Origin: Paragordius varius
Lineage: Eukaryota; Animalia; Nematomorpha
Direction of reading: 5' to 3'
NCBI GenBank assembly: GCA_964247055.1
Contig: OZ176051.1
Coordinates: 10,044,001 to 10,108,000, forward strand
Length of the DNA stretch: 64,000 nt
Below, one piece after another: positions 13,035-24,700 of the stretch. Below the pieces are notes generated by a model. That model did not search any database. It had not been told where the DNA came from and saw only the letters and a program-made list of their open reading frames with translations. Both the position numbers and the translations under genes were made by a program. Numbering within the stretch: position 1 is the stretch's first letter; every line of letters begins with the position of its first letter.

Positions 13035-13281
13035 TTTAAATTTAAGGATGAAAAATCCTCTCCAGGTATCCCGTAATAAGAATGCAAATTAAAATATGGT
13101 GGTATAAAATATGTTTTGATTGTGGGATAAAGAGCATGCATAATTTCTAATATTTTTCGCATGCATACACTTCCACAATTCTAAAAATTGGTAACATTTT
13201 CATTATTTACAACATTTAGGATTGCGTGAGCAAATTTGTCTTCATCTTGATCCATATTATTTATTCAAAGTTCCAAGTTAA

Positions 13282-13354
13282 GTTTCCGTAGTGTAGTGGT
13301 TATCACGTGTGCTTAACACGCACAAGGTCCCCAGTTCGATCCTGGGCGGAAACA
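13282..13354 (+). tRNA. tRNA-Val-AAC: tRNA-Val(AAC)
   Basis: 73 nt, GTTTCCGTAGTGTAGTGGTTATCAC...GTTCGATCCTGGGCGGAAACA; acceptor stem GTTTCCG/CGGAAAC; anticodon arm TGTGC-TTAACAC-GCACA; intact A and B boxes; metazoan-type sequence. Confidence 0.97.
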
Positions 13355-13361
13355 TTTTTTT
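13355..13361 (+). terminator. Pol III terminator (T7)
   Basis: Run of 7 T directly after the tRNA discriminator base. Confidence 0.85.
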
Positions 13362-13401
13362 ATTTATTTTATTAACTTGTTTACTTTGCGATTGTACCAA
13401 G

Positions 13402-14052
13402 TAGGGTTGTGCTGACCAAATCATGACCAGGTCAGTGGCTATTCTATTTTTGACCATGGTCCTTTAAAAAAACAGCGGTTTTTTGAAAATTTGCTGGTAA
13501 ATTTTTTTTGGAGAATAAATAGCAAAATTTCAGTGTTTTTAAATATATTTTTTAAAATATAAATTAAATATTTAAATCTTATTTAACAATAATAAAATTG
13601 TTAAACACGCATCGTTATAACATAAGCATTTAAGCATATCCAGTTACTTTGAAAAACAAAACAATCAAGCACTTTGCAAAACATGCAATTATTCCATTAC
13701 CAATAAAATGAGAAAAAATCTTATATGTGGATATTAATTCATTGATAAAAGAAAGTAAAAAACTAGGTAAAAATTTAATTTAAAATATCCAGTATTAAAA
13801 GCTATGTATTTAAAGATTTAGAAGGCCACAAACATGTGGCAAAATTTGAAAACAAACTTGGTTTGATTGAAAATAATATCAAAAAAATGTATAATAAACT
13901 CTGATATTATTAGTGAAACGCTAGTGTCGTACGATCATTATTTTCACTATTCAATATCGCATGATAATTACTTATGTAAAAAGTGGTCATGACCATGGTC
14001 TGACAGGGTCTGACCGGACTTTTTTGAAAAAACAGTCAAATGCACAATTCTA
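13402..14052. mobile_element. Non-autonomous hAT-type MITE
   Basis: TIRs TAGGGTTGTGC / GCACAATTCTA; perfect 8-bp TSD GTACCAAG (13394-13401, 14053-14060); inverted second copy at 17676-18258. Confidence 0.9.
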
Positions 14053-15699
14053 GTACCAAGTAATCCAAAAACATGTGCACTAAATTATGGTCAAAGCTAA
14101 ATATACATATAGTCTACATTAAACGCTTATTAGTATTTTTAATACTAAAATGTAAGCTGCGAAAGTATCAGATGAACGCGCTACTCAGCTAATTTTCTTA
14201 AAATACCATGATATTTGGCTAATTTCCAATTTGGGGCTTAGTAATTATTTAAAAAATTTTAACTGGTTATATAAATTTTTTTGGTTACAAGGGCATGCGT
14301 GAATCTGATATTATGGGAATATTATTAAAAAATTTTAAAAGGGCGCATCATTAAACTCCATGGGTATAGCACTACCAATGGTAAATTGTCATTTTAGATG
14401 TTTTATTCGCTTCCTTGATTTTTCTTTTCCAATTTGCATAACCGTTAGTTTAGGCATTGATATCTGATGACAATGAAAGTAATTAAAAAATTCAAGGTAA
14501 TAAAAACTTACCTTGTTAGAGATGAAATGATTCTCGAGAATTAACTAAATATTTTTTTTGATTTGAAATTAGATATGATTAAAATAAAATGAAATGGATT
14601 TATAAATTATAAGAATAGGAGATAAGGTTACCTTTATACAGACAAAAAAGTCAAAAATTCAATGAAAGGCAGTAAAAAAATTTACTGAATGGTCCAAGCT
14701 AAAGTTATAAGCAAAAAAATAAGTTTGCACAATTAGAGGCAATACCTACATGTAAGTTGGTTTTGCATAATGTTTGCTCTTGATCTCTATATACTTTTTA
14801 TATTAGTTTGATTATTACATAAATTGCCAAAAATTTTAAATTTACATAAAAAATATTAATAAGCGCCCCTATTGAACATGTTTGAAGAAATACTTACATA
14901 AAGTATTTTTGCATTAAAAAAATAGGCGCCCCTAAATAACGGCGCCCGGGTCATTATGCACCCCTTTCCCATCGGTAAGCCACCGGCGGTAGTATTATTG
15001 GATGACACAATAAAAAACTAAAAAAGCACACTTTGCTAAATTATTAGCATTTTCAGACGTTTTGATAGTATTTTAAAGTATATCGGAAACATATAAACAC
15101 TTAATGATATTTTAAGAACATCTTTACTCAATGATAGGATTAATTCTGAATAATTGGATCAAATTTTCATCTTAAAAGCCTCGTTAAATTTAAATTACAC
15201 TGTTTCCCACAATGTTCAACATCATCAATTAGGACAGAACTTTTTTTATATGGTAAGAGGTATTTTTAAGCTACCATGCTGATAGCATAAATCACGGTTT
15301 AACCATATTTTGCTAAATATCAATTTATTCAACAAAATTTACTTTTTTATAGCATATAATTAAATTTTATCGCACAATCTCAGCTTTCTGTTTATTTTAA
15401 TAATCATCCCATTATAATAGGGTCTTAAAATGTGGGGCTTCCTGGGCCCACTTCATAATTAATTTATTAACATTGCTTTGCTGCTATGCATATAATGATA
15501 TATATATGGCAACTGGATATTAGCTGAAGTCGGTTTAAATTGATTTAACCTATAATACCCAAATCTTAAGCAGTCTTATGCAAAATATTAGGCAGGATAT
15601 ACTAATTACTTGTCAAATTAACCTCTTATTTATCAAAATTTTCACTTTAATTTTTTTGCATTCAGATTCGTTAAAAATCATTTTATTAATTATATATAT

Positions 15700-15950
15700 A
15701 CTGCAAAAAGTAGTGATGCTAGGCAATCATGTTGTTTTTTAGGTCGGTTAACCTTTCCAAACTAAAGGCCATAATAAAATTAACACGTACAATGTGTACT
15801 GCAAAAGGTTGAATGCCTCAAAACTGTTTTTTTTAATAGTAATTTGATAACTAAATTAATAATATTTTTTGTCATGTATTTAATGTGGCTATATTCATTT
15901 ATTCTGGCCCAGCGGAGTAATATTTCAAAATTATGGTTAAAAAAAGTTCA
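15700..15950. other. Non-coding block upstream of paralogue A, conserved with 42140-42430
   Basis: Colinear motifs ATGCTAGG.AATCAT, AGGTCGGTTAACCTTT, CGTACA.TGTGTACTG.AAAAGGTTGA.TGCCTCAAA and CATTTATTCTGGC; no conserved reading frame found. Confidence 0.7.
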
Positions 15951-16032
15951 TTACATATATTAAAGTGTCAATCGATTCTGATTTTTAACATATACAGATA
16001 AATATATTAATTTTAAAGACTTTAAAAGTATA

Positions 16033-16228
16033 TAAGATTCGTGTTAACGTCGTGAATAATGAAAGAAAATAAAAATATATTTATTATAAATTAATTTTTT
16101 CTTTGTTGTAATTTATTTTAAGTTTTTTCTTTTAACAACATCTGATGATGCCATTGGGCGAAAATTTTAGTCTATAATAAATATATTTTTATTTTCTTTC
16201 ATCATTCACGACGTTAACACGAATCTTA
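16033..16228. repeat. 56-bp inverted repeat around an 84-bp spacer with a hammerhead-ribozyme-like core (possible Penelope-like pLTR remnant)
   Basis: Arms 16033-16088 and 16173-16228 (1 mismatch); spacer contains CTGATGA-T-GCC-ATTG-GGC-GAAA...GTC, followed by AATAAA. Confidence 0.55.
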
Positions 16229-16439
16229 TTTAACAACCCGTCGTCGTCACCCACTCAATTTAAAAATATATGTTTTTGATATATGATAGCTAGTACTAAA
16301 AAAATTTTACAATTAAAATCATTAAATACACTTACATCATGAAAATACTATACATATATATAATTATAATAAAAATAAAAGTATATTTAAACTAGGGGAT
16401 ATAGACATGGATGGAGTATTTTAAAATTTAAGAAATACT

Positions 16440-17014
16440 ATCAACACTTGGATACAACACATTCATTTTAGTCCTTCGATTCAAATTGGGGTAGTTAAAT
16501 ACCTCAGGCCTGTTTAAAAAATTCTTCAAAAAATATGGAAGGAATCGAAACTATGGCAAAATCTTGCACTTATATAACATTAAATAAATCGAAAATAAAA
16601 AATTTTATAAATACTTGATATTACTTATAGTAAGCTAAAACCGAAAGGTAGAAATTTAGTCAGCGTGACATGCGTGGAATGGTAAAATTAAAAAATAATA
16701 CAAAATAAATAGCTTTCTCTATTTCTATCAATGTTAGATGTAATTTAAATAAAAAATAAGCTTTTTACCCTTAAAATTAAATGTAGAAGATATTTTGCAA
16801 AAATGTGAAATAAAAATGGCGTCGAAGTAGTTTGACACGGAACTTTTTTTTCAAAATAAAAATTTATTTAGATATTTTGGCATATTTATATAATATTTAT
16901 TAGGATAGAAGCATTAATTAAAATTGGGAACGTTTCCTTCAATAGTTTTTTAAAAATCCTATTTTAAATTTAGTCTGGGGTATTTAGATACCCCAATTTG
17001 AATCGAAGTGTTAA
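16440..17014. mobile_element. MITE, TTAA-CAC-terminus family
   Basis: ATCAACACTTGGATACAAC ... GGGGTATTTAGATACCCCAATTTGAATCGAAGTGTTAA. Confidence 0.75.
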
Positions 17015-17098
17015 TGACAAGAGCAGTGCACAAAAAATATTTTGATGAAATATATATATATGTATATATATATTTTGAGAAAAAAATACAATAAAGTT

Positions 17099-18502
17099 GT
17101 CACCACTTTGTACTAAGGATTCCATTTAAATAATGGCAAAATTTGATTGCATTTTAAATAATTTTTTAATAATTAAATATATTCCAAAAATATCTATAAA
17201 AATTTAAATGGGATATTTATATTAAGTTTTGCTTTATAAAAGAGGGCTCCTAAAATTTTAGATTTTTGACCCTCTAAATTGGTCAAGTTTTCTTTAAATA
17301 TACGCAATGGCGGGATTACGCCATATTTTTAAATAGTTGCTAAACTGTGATAACAAAATATTTTATTGAATAAATGGATTTATGCTCAAAAATTTAATTT
17401 ATACAATTTTGTAGAAATGATTTTTATGGTAATTTGAATGGTAGAAGATTTAAAACCACTTTTAAATATTACAAAAAATTTTAATAATTAAATGGTCTAA
17501 ATATTTCTAGTTAAATAAACCACTCATTTAATAAATAAAGAATTTTGATTCAAAAGATAATGTTGATCACCACGAAGTATCTAAAAAAGGTTTTGATCTT
17601 TAAATTTTATGCCGTTTCCACAATGCTCAGAATACGATATAGTGGCTTTGACAATGCTATACATTTTGTAAGAACTAGGGTTGTGCATTTGACTTTTACA
17701 AAAAAGTCCAGAGCCAGTCACATGGTCGAGACCGTGCTTATGGCCACTTTTTCCTTAAATAAATATCATGCGATATTGGATGTGAAAATAATGTTGAAAC
17801 TTGCGTAGGCCACATGTTTGTGGCCTTTTACATCAAATACATTGCTTTTAATACTGGATATTTGAAAAATTTTACATAGTTTGTTTTACACTTTTCTTTC
17901 ATCATTGTAAAATCCAATTACAAAAAGTTTTTTTCATTTTATTAGTTCACATATATGGAATAATTGCATATTTTGCAAAGTGGATTGTGTTGTTTTAAAT
18001 AACTGAATATGCTTAAATGCTAATGTTATAACGATGCATATTTTACAATTTTATATTGTTAAATAAGCATATTTAAATATTTAATTTATAATTTTTAAAA
18101 TAAACATTAAAAACAATAAAATCTTACTATTGTCTTCCAAAAAAATAGCAACATTTTTAGAAAAAACAGCTGTATTTTAAAATGACCATGGTCAAAAAAT
18201 AAATAGTCACTGAACCCTAGTCAGAACATTGTTTCATGTCATGTTTCAGCATAATTTAAACTTATCGCGCAATCTCGATATATTTGCGTTTATTCATAGA
18301 AAACTAGCCCATAGAGGGTTTAAATTATTTGAGAGACATTTAAATACCAAATCCATAAAAAATTTATATGCAAATTTAAACATTCTGCCTTTTTATAGTT
18401 TATAATCTAATTTAATGTAGTTAGAATTTAGCTTTCGCCTAAAAAATATCTATGATATGTGAGGAAATACCATATTCGCCATTTACCACAAAAGTGGTGA
18501 TG
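17099..18502. mobile_element. MITE of a second family (ACCACTTTTGTG-type TIR) with a nested hAT MITE
   Basis: TCACCACTTTGT ... ACAAAAGTGGTGA termini; nested inverted copy of the 13402-14052 element at 17676-18258. Confidence 0.6.
17676..18258. mobile_element. hAT-type MITE, inverted copy of 13402-14052
   Basis: Starts TAGGGTTGTGCATTTGAC; shares GGCCACAAACATGTGGC and GACCATGGTCAAAAA blocks in reverse complement; TSD not preserved. Confidence 0.8.
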
Positions 18503-18776
18503 ACTTTCTTATAATACACGTAAGACCCCAAACCAAAAGCATTTAATCCTAATACGTTCTTAATTAGATATGCTATTCAGTTATACCAGCCCACTGATTT
18601 TGTAAACTGTGTTAGCAAGCTATTTTTAATCGCAAAATCGCTTTTTATGTAAAATATGTATACCAACGATCTTGCAGAAGCGCACAAAAATACAAACCAT
18701 AAACATCATAATTTTAACATTATGTCATTAGAAAAACAGATTAACTTTCTCCGACCCTCTTTGTTAATTATTTTTT

Positions 18777-21700
18777 ATGCCACATAATGTGCAAAATGCT
18801 TTCGGGTTTCGGCTTATAGCATAAAAACAAAATTATTTTTTTTATAATATTTTGACTAAAATTGCAATATTTTAGTTCTCTTATCTCTGTGATTTTATTG
18901 ATACCACAAATTTATTATTTAGGTATTGCTTCCATCCAGCCATTAAACAAAACAATCAGTAATATTTAACATTTTTATCTTGTTATTAATGCAGTCGAAA
19001 ATGATACTTTGTTTGATTCGAGTATATGCGAAAATTAAAAAATTATAGGGGACAAACCATATATATTTGTTTTTAATGTAACACAAAGTAAGTTATATAT
19101 AAAATTATTAGGGACGAGAAACATTTCTTCTCAGGTTATACCAAATTACATATTAATTAATTATATATTATCGAATATTAATTTTATTAAAATTTTTTAG
19201 GACTTAGTCAAGGTCTATCAACCAAGAAAAAATAGATATGTACCGATGCCACAATCAACTTTATCATCAGAAACGGGTTCCGTTGGAAAGAGTAATTAAC
19301 AAAAATTTGTAAAGACATAATCATAATCCTGTTTTGAAATAATAATACATTTTATAGCTATAGTTCTTGGGAGTATATTTATTATAATTAATAAACGCAA
19401 CCGATTAGTGATTTAATTTAATTTTTTATATCAATCAAAAATAGCTCTAATTGGAGCAGCAGGTATCCAAACATTTTTGTTTATCATTTAAACAATCTAC
19501 AGTGTATTGATTTTAATCTTGTTTTCATTTCTATATAGGTGGATTAGGTAAACCATTTAAATACATCGCATAACTTTGCAAATATAACATTGTTTCAAAA
19601 GGAATTCTGGTGGGAGAAGGCACTTCATCTGCGTCAGCCGGAGCAGGCGCAGCTCAAGCAGCAAGTAATGTGGCTCAAGAAGCAGCTAATGTCGTTCAAG
19701 AAACAGTGAGCAGTGTGGCGCAACCCATGGAAGCAACTGATTCGGGGCCTTCTACATCCGCTTCTAGTAAAATATTATCATATTCGTTTTTAAATTTGTG
19801 ACGAGAGATGCTGATAAGACGACGGGGTATATTGTCTGTATTGTTAGAAAGACAAGGCTCCTCCGTAAATATTGTTTTAGTTTGTGTAACTTAAAAGGGC
19901 CTAAATTATTGTAAATAACATGCTTACCTAGAACTAAAAATTATGGAATTTTTTGATTGTTTATTGCTTTAACCAACTTTAACTATTGGATACCTTTTAT
20001 AACGATCGAAATTCCTTTGAAATAATTAATTAATATAACAATGCTATTTCTTACCATATATATGAGTCATAAAATTATTCACACTTTAAATGCCTAAAAT
20101 CCCCACCATCATGTAAAAGGTCATTAATTAAAGTCCTTAATCAATAATATAGTACATAATCAATAATATAGTACAATTCTTATTTTGGGGTTTGGATGAG
20201 TTATTGGATTAATATATTTTTTAGTTATGATTTATTATTTATAGAGTTATTGTATAGCATATACTTTATATGTAAACAAGCTTCATAATTCATAATAATT
20301 TTTGTTAATTGATTTAATATTTTTTCTCCATCTCGGGTCGAACAAGTTAATCATATGTTTTCCAAAGGGTTAAGAAGTTGTATGCAAAAACTAAGCGTTT
20401 TTGGACAAAATACTTAATAAAAATTACAATTCAGAATGCCGTAGCTGATTTTGATTATTAGCTTCACCTCTTTTAATTTCGGATATGAACTTAATTTAAA
20501 AATTTTAATTTGTTTCAATTTTTTGGATTCTACAATCAAAATACACCTGATTTACAGTATGCATTTTAATGTATGTTCAGTAATTTTATTGCCAGTCGAA
20601 TAACATAAATGGTTTATCCAATGCGTAAAATACTGACCCACGAAATTATTTCGTAGTACACATATCAAAGAGGATTGACGTGAGAACTAACATAGGCTTT
20701 AATTTGATGGATATTTTGTAATGTTAAATTTTGAGAATATTATAGCAATTTATGCTAACATTTGTAATATTGTTGTTACGTATTTAGATGCGGAATTTTG
20801 TGGGTTTTTATCTTTGATAAATTAATAAATAGTAAAATACGTATTTTAAGATTTTTTATATTTATTATTCCTAAATTTAATAATATATATTTTTCAACAT
20901 ACTAAATACCTGTATTAATTAATGTTGGTATTATAATTTTATATAGTTGTTATTACTAATTAAAAAAACACAGGTAAATATATATTTGTGAAATTTTAAG
21001 TAGATTTTGATATTTGTCATTTATGTTTTGCATTGTTAATTATTAATAATTTTTAACTATTTCAGACATTTTAATCAGGTAAAAATTCGGTTTTTAAATT
21101 TAGTCAAATTTATTTTTTTTGTTTTGCTTATGTCACATTGTTAATTGTAATCAATTACTACATATGGACATTTTAATAAATACAGGTAAAAATTACGGTT
21201 TTTAATAAATTTAGTAAAAATTTAGTTTTTTTTGTTTTTTAGGTTTTGGATTGATTGTAATTAATTACTACATATTTTGGACATTATAATAAATACAGGT
21301 AAAAATTGCGGTTTTTAACAAACTTAGTAAAAATTTAGTTTTATTTTGTTTTTTAGGTTTTGCATTGTTAATTGAAATTAACTACTACATATAATTTTGG
21401 ACATTATAATAAATACAGGTGAAAATGGCGGTTTTTTATAAATAAGTAAAATTTTTAATTTTTTTGTTCAACGTTGCTAATTTATTAATTACTATATATT
21501 TTTGATACATTGATATATACAGGTAAAAATTACTATGATTTGCGGTTTTTTAAATTTTTTATAGTTAACATATCTGAGCATACAGGTAAAAATGGATGTA
21601 ACGGTTTTAGGTTTGACATTTTATTTTCCAAATCCAACGATGTATATTTTAACAAACACCTTATGTCACCAACGATTGAAAAAATGATCAAGATAAACAT

Positions 21701-24700
21701 CTTTTAAAGTATCTGAATATCGCCAAATATAAAATTTATTTAAATTATAAATGTATTATACAAAATATTCATAATATTATGTTTAAAATTAGCATTCTTG
21801 TTATTGATATTAATACAGGTAATTTATTTCTAATATTGATATACGATGCGGTGTGCGTTCATGATGATCTTATCTTAGATTGAAGAATAGGAGATGCAAA
21901 AAATAATTAAAGGCAGATTGAAAATTCAATCACCATCATTTTCTGGGTAGATTCTATCAACTAAAATATAAGATAGAAAGGTATTTATTAATATATTAGA
22001 TTGATACCTGGATTCTAGAAGTATTTTCAACATAATTCTAAGGCTAAAACATTCAAAGTTTGAAAGGGAACTAAATAAAGTTGACTTGGCTTTTTAACAA
22101 CTAAATTTGCAAAAAATATTTTCTTCATAATAAAAAATTCAAAAATGATACTTTATGTTTTTGCGTTTTCGTTCTACTATCTAAACTATAAATATGAAAA
22201 GGCTTATATGATTTCACCAATGACGTCAAATAGAAAATAGAAACAAATATTTTTTTTCAAAAGCTTTGAATGCAACAGCACTCCAAAAACTAAGCAGGCA
22301 ACACTAATATTGTTCGCTTTGGTGAAGAATAGTTTTTCATATTTATAGTTTAGATAATAGAACGAAAACCCAAAAACATAAAGTATCATTTTTGAATTTT
22401 TTATCGTGAAGAAAACATTTTTTGCAAATTTAGTTTTTAAAAGGCAAGTCAACCTTATTTAGTTCCCTTTCAAACTTTGAATGTTTTAGCCCCCAATATT
22501 TAAAATTATGTTGAAAATACTTCTAGAATCCAGGTATCAATTTTCTAATATATTAATAAATACCTTTCTATCTTATATTTTAGTTGATAGAAACTACCCA
22601 GAAAATGATGGTGATTGAATTTTCAATCTGCATTTAATTATTTTTTGCATCTCATATTCTTCAACCTAAGATAAGATCATCATGAACGCACACCGCATCG
22701 TATATCAATATTAGAAATAAATTACCTGTATTAATATCAATAAGAAGAATGCTAATTTTAAACATAATATTATGAATATTTTGTATAATACATTTATAAT
22801 TTAAATAAATTTATTTATATTTGGCGATATTCAGATACTTTAAAGGTTTATCTTGATCATTTTTTCAATCATTGGTGACATAAGGTGTTTGTTAAAATAT
22901 ACATCGTTGGATTTGGAAAATAAAATGTCAAACCTAAAATCGTTATACCATTTTTACCTGTATGCTCAGATATGTTAATCATAAAAAATTTAAAAAAGCG
23001 CAAATCATAGTAATTTTTACCTGTATATATCAATGTATCAAAAATATATAGTAATTAATAAATTAGCAACGTTGAACAAAAAATTAAAAATTTTACTTAT
23101 TTATAAAAAACCGCCATTTTCACCTGTATTTATTAAAATTTCCAAAATATTTATTAATTCAACAAATAACAATGATACAAAATATAAAAATGTTAAATTT
23201 TACTAAATTTATTAAAAACCGCAATTTTTACCTGTATTAATTATAATGTCCAAAATATGTAGTAATTAATTACAATTAACAATGCAAAACCAAAAAAAAC
23301 AAAAATTTCTTAACAACCGCAATTTTTACCTGTATTTATTATAATGTCCAAAATATGTAGTAATAATTAACAATCCAAAACCTAAAAAACAAAAAAAACT
23401 AAATTTTTACTAAATTTATTAAAAACCGTAATTTTTACCTGTATTTATTAAAATGTCCATATGTAGTAATTGATTACAATTAACAATGTTACATAAGCAA
23501 AACAAAAAAATTAAATTTGACTAAATTTAAAAACCGAATTTTTACCTGATTAAAATGTCTGAAATACTTAAAAATTATTAATAATTAACAATGCAAAACA
23601 TAAATGACAAATATCAAAATCAACTTTAAATTTCACAAATATATATTTACCTGTGTTTTTTTAATTAGTAATAACAACTATATAAAATTATAATACCAAT
23701 ATTAATTACAGGTATTTAGCATGTTGAAGAATATATATTATTAAATTTAGGAATAATTAACATAAAAAATCTTAAAATACGTATTTTAATATTTATTAAT
23801 TTATCAAAGATAAAAACCCACAAAATTCCGCATCTAAATACATAACAATATTACAAATGTTAACATAATTTGCTATATTATTCTCAAAATTTAACATTAG
23901 AAAATATCCATCAAATTAAAGCCTATGTTAATTCTCACGTCAATCCTCTTTCATATGTGTACTACGAAATAAATTCGTGGGTCAGTATTTTACGCATTGG
24001 ATAAACCATTTATGTTATTCGACTAGCAATAAAATTACTGAACATACATTAAAATGCATACTGTAAATTAGTTTCAATCATAATGCACAATGGAACGAAA
24101 AAATTTGTTAAAATTTCTTTATCACTTCGAAATTTATAATCTAATATCCTCCAAAGTATTTAAGTTATAGATTTAAAATATTCATTCTTTAACTTTTTAG
24201 GCGCATTCTTCAAAAAATTACTATATATAATATTTTAAAGAGAGCGTCATATCAAATAGCCACCATTAATCGCTAATAATCAGGCAAATAATTATGTGTA
24301 TTGGTTAATGTATTAAAATAATGAATAGCTTTCAAATGACATGTTAGCCGCATTTTAATATTCATTTATTTTAAAATGTTCCGCTCAAAAAGCTATACGA
24401 TTTTCTTTTGAAGTAAGAAAGCTGTAATAATATAAGCTTTTTAATCTAATACAGGATAACAATGATGTATAATTAGATTTTCTTTCAAAGCAGTAATATA
24501 TTTGGAATCTTAAAATTGAGGTACAAATTCCCCATATTATCGTCTTAAAGATGTGAAGAGTATATCTTAAAAAAATGAATATGCATAGATGTATGTGACA
24601 ACATTCTTACCGCATTCAGCATAAATATTAACATTATTATATTTGTAAAATTTTTACAATGTTATATTAATATATTTAGGTGCATCGACCTATGGTTAAT

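Noticed and set aside
19238-19312. ATG-initiated frame MYRCHNQLYHQKRVPLER, also present in copy B
   Set aside because: A/B differences (TCC/TCT, GTT/GTC) are synonymous only in the other frame (YVPMPQS...), which also fits the flanking exon phases.
21510-22452. ORFs 21510-21707 and 22204-22452 as a Foldback transposase or cargo gene
   Set aside because: Short and AT-biased with no recognisable motifs; the mirror-arm copies carry indels that break the frames.
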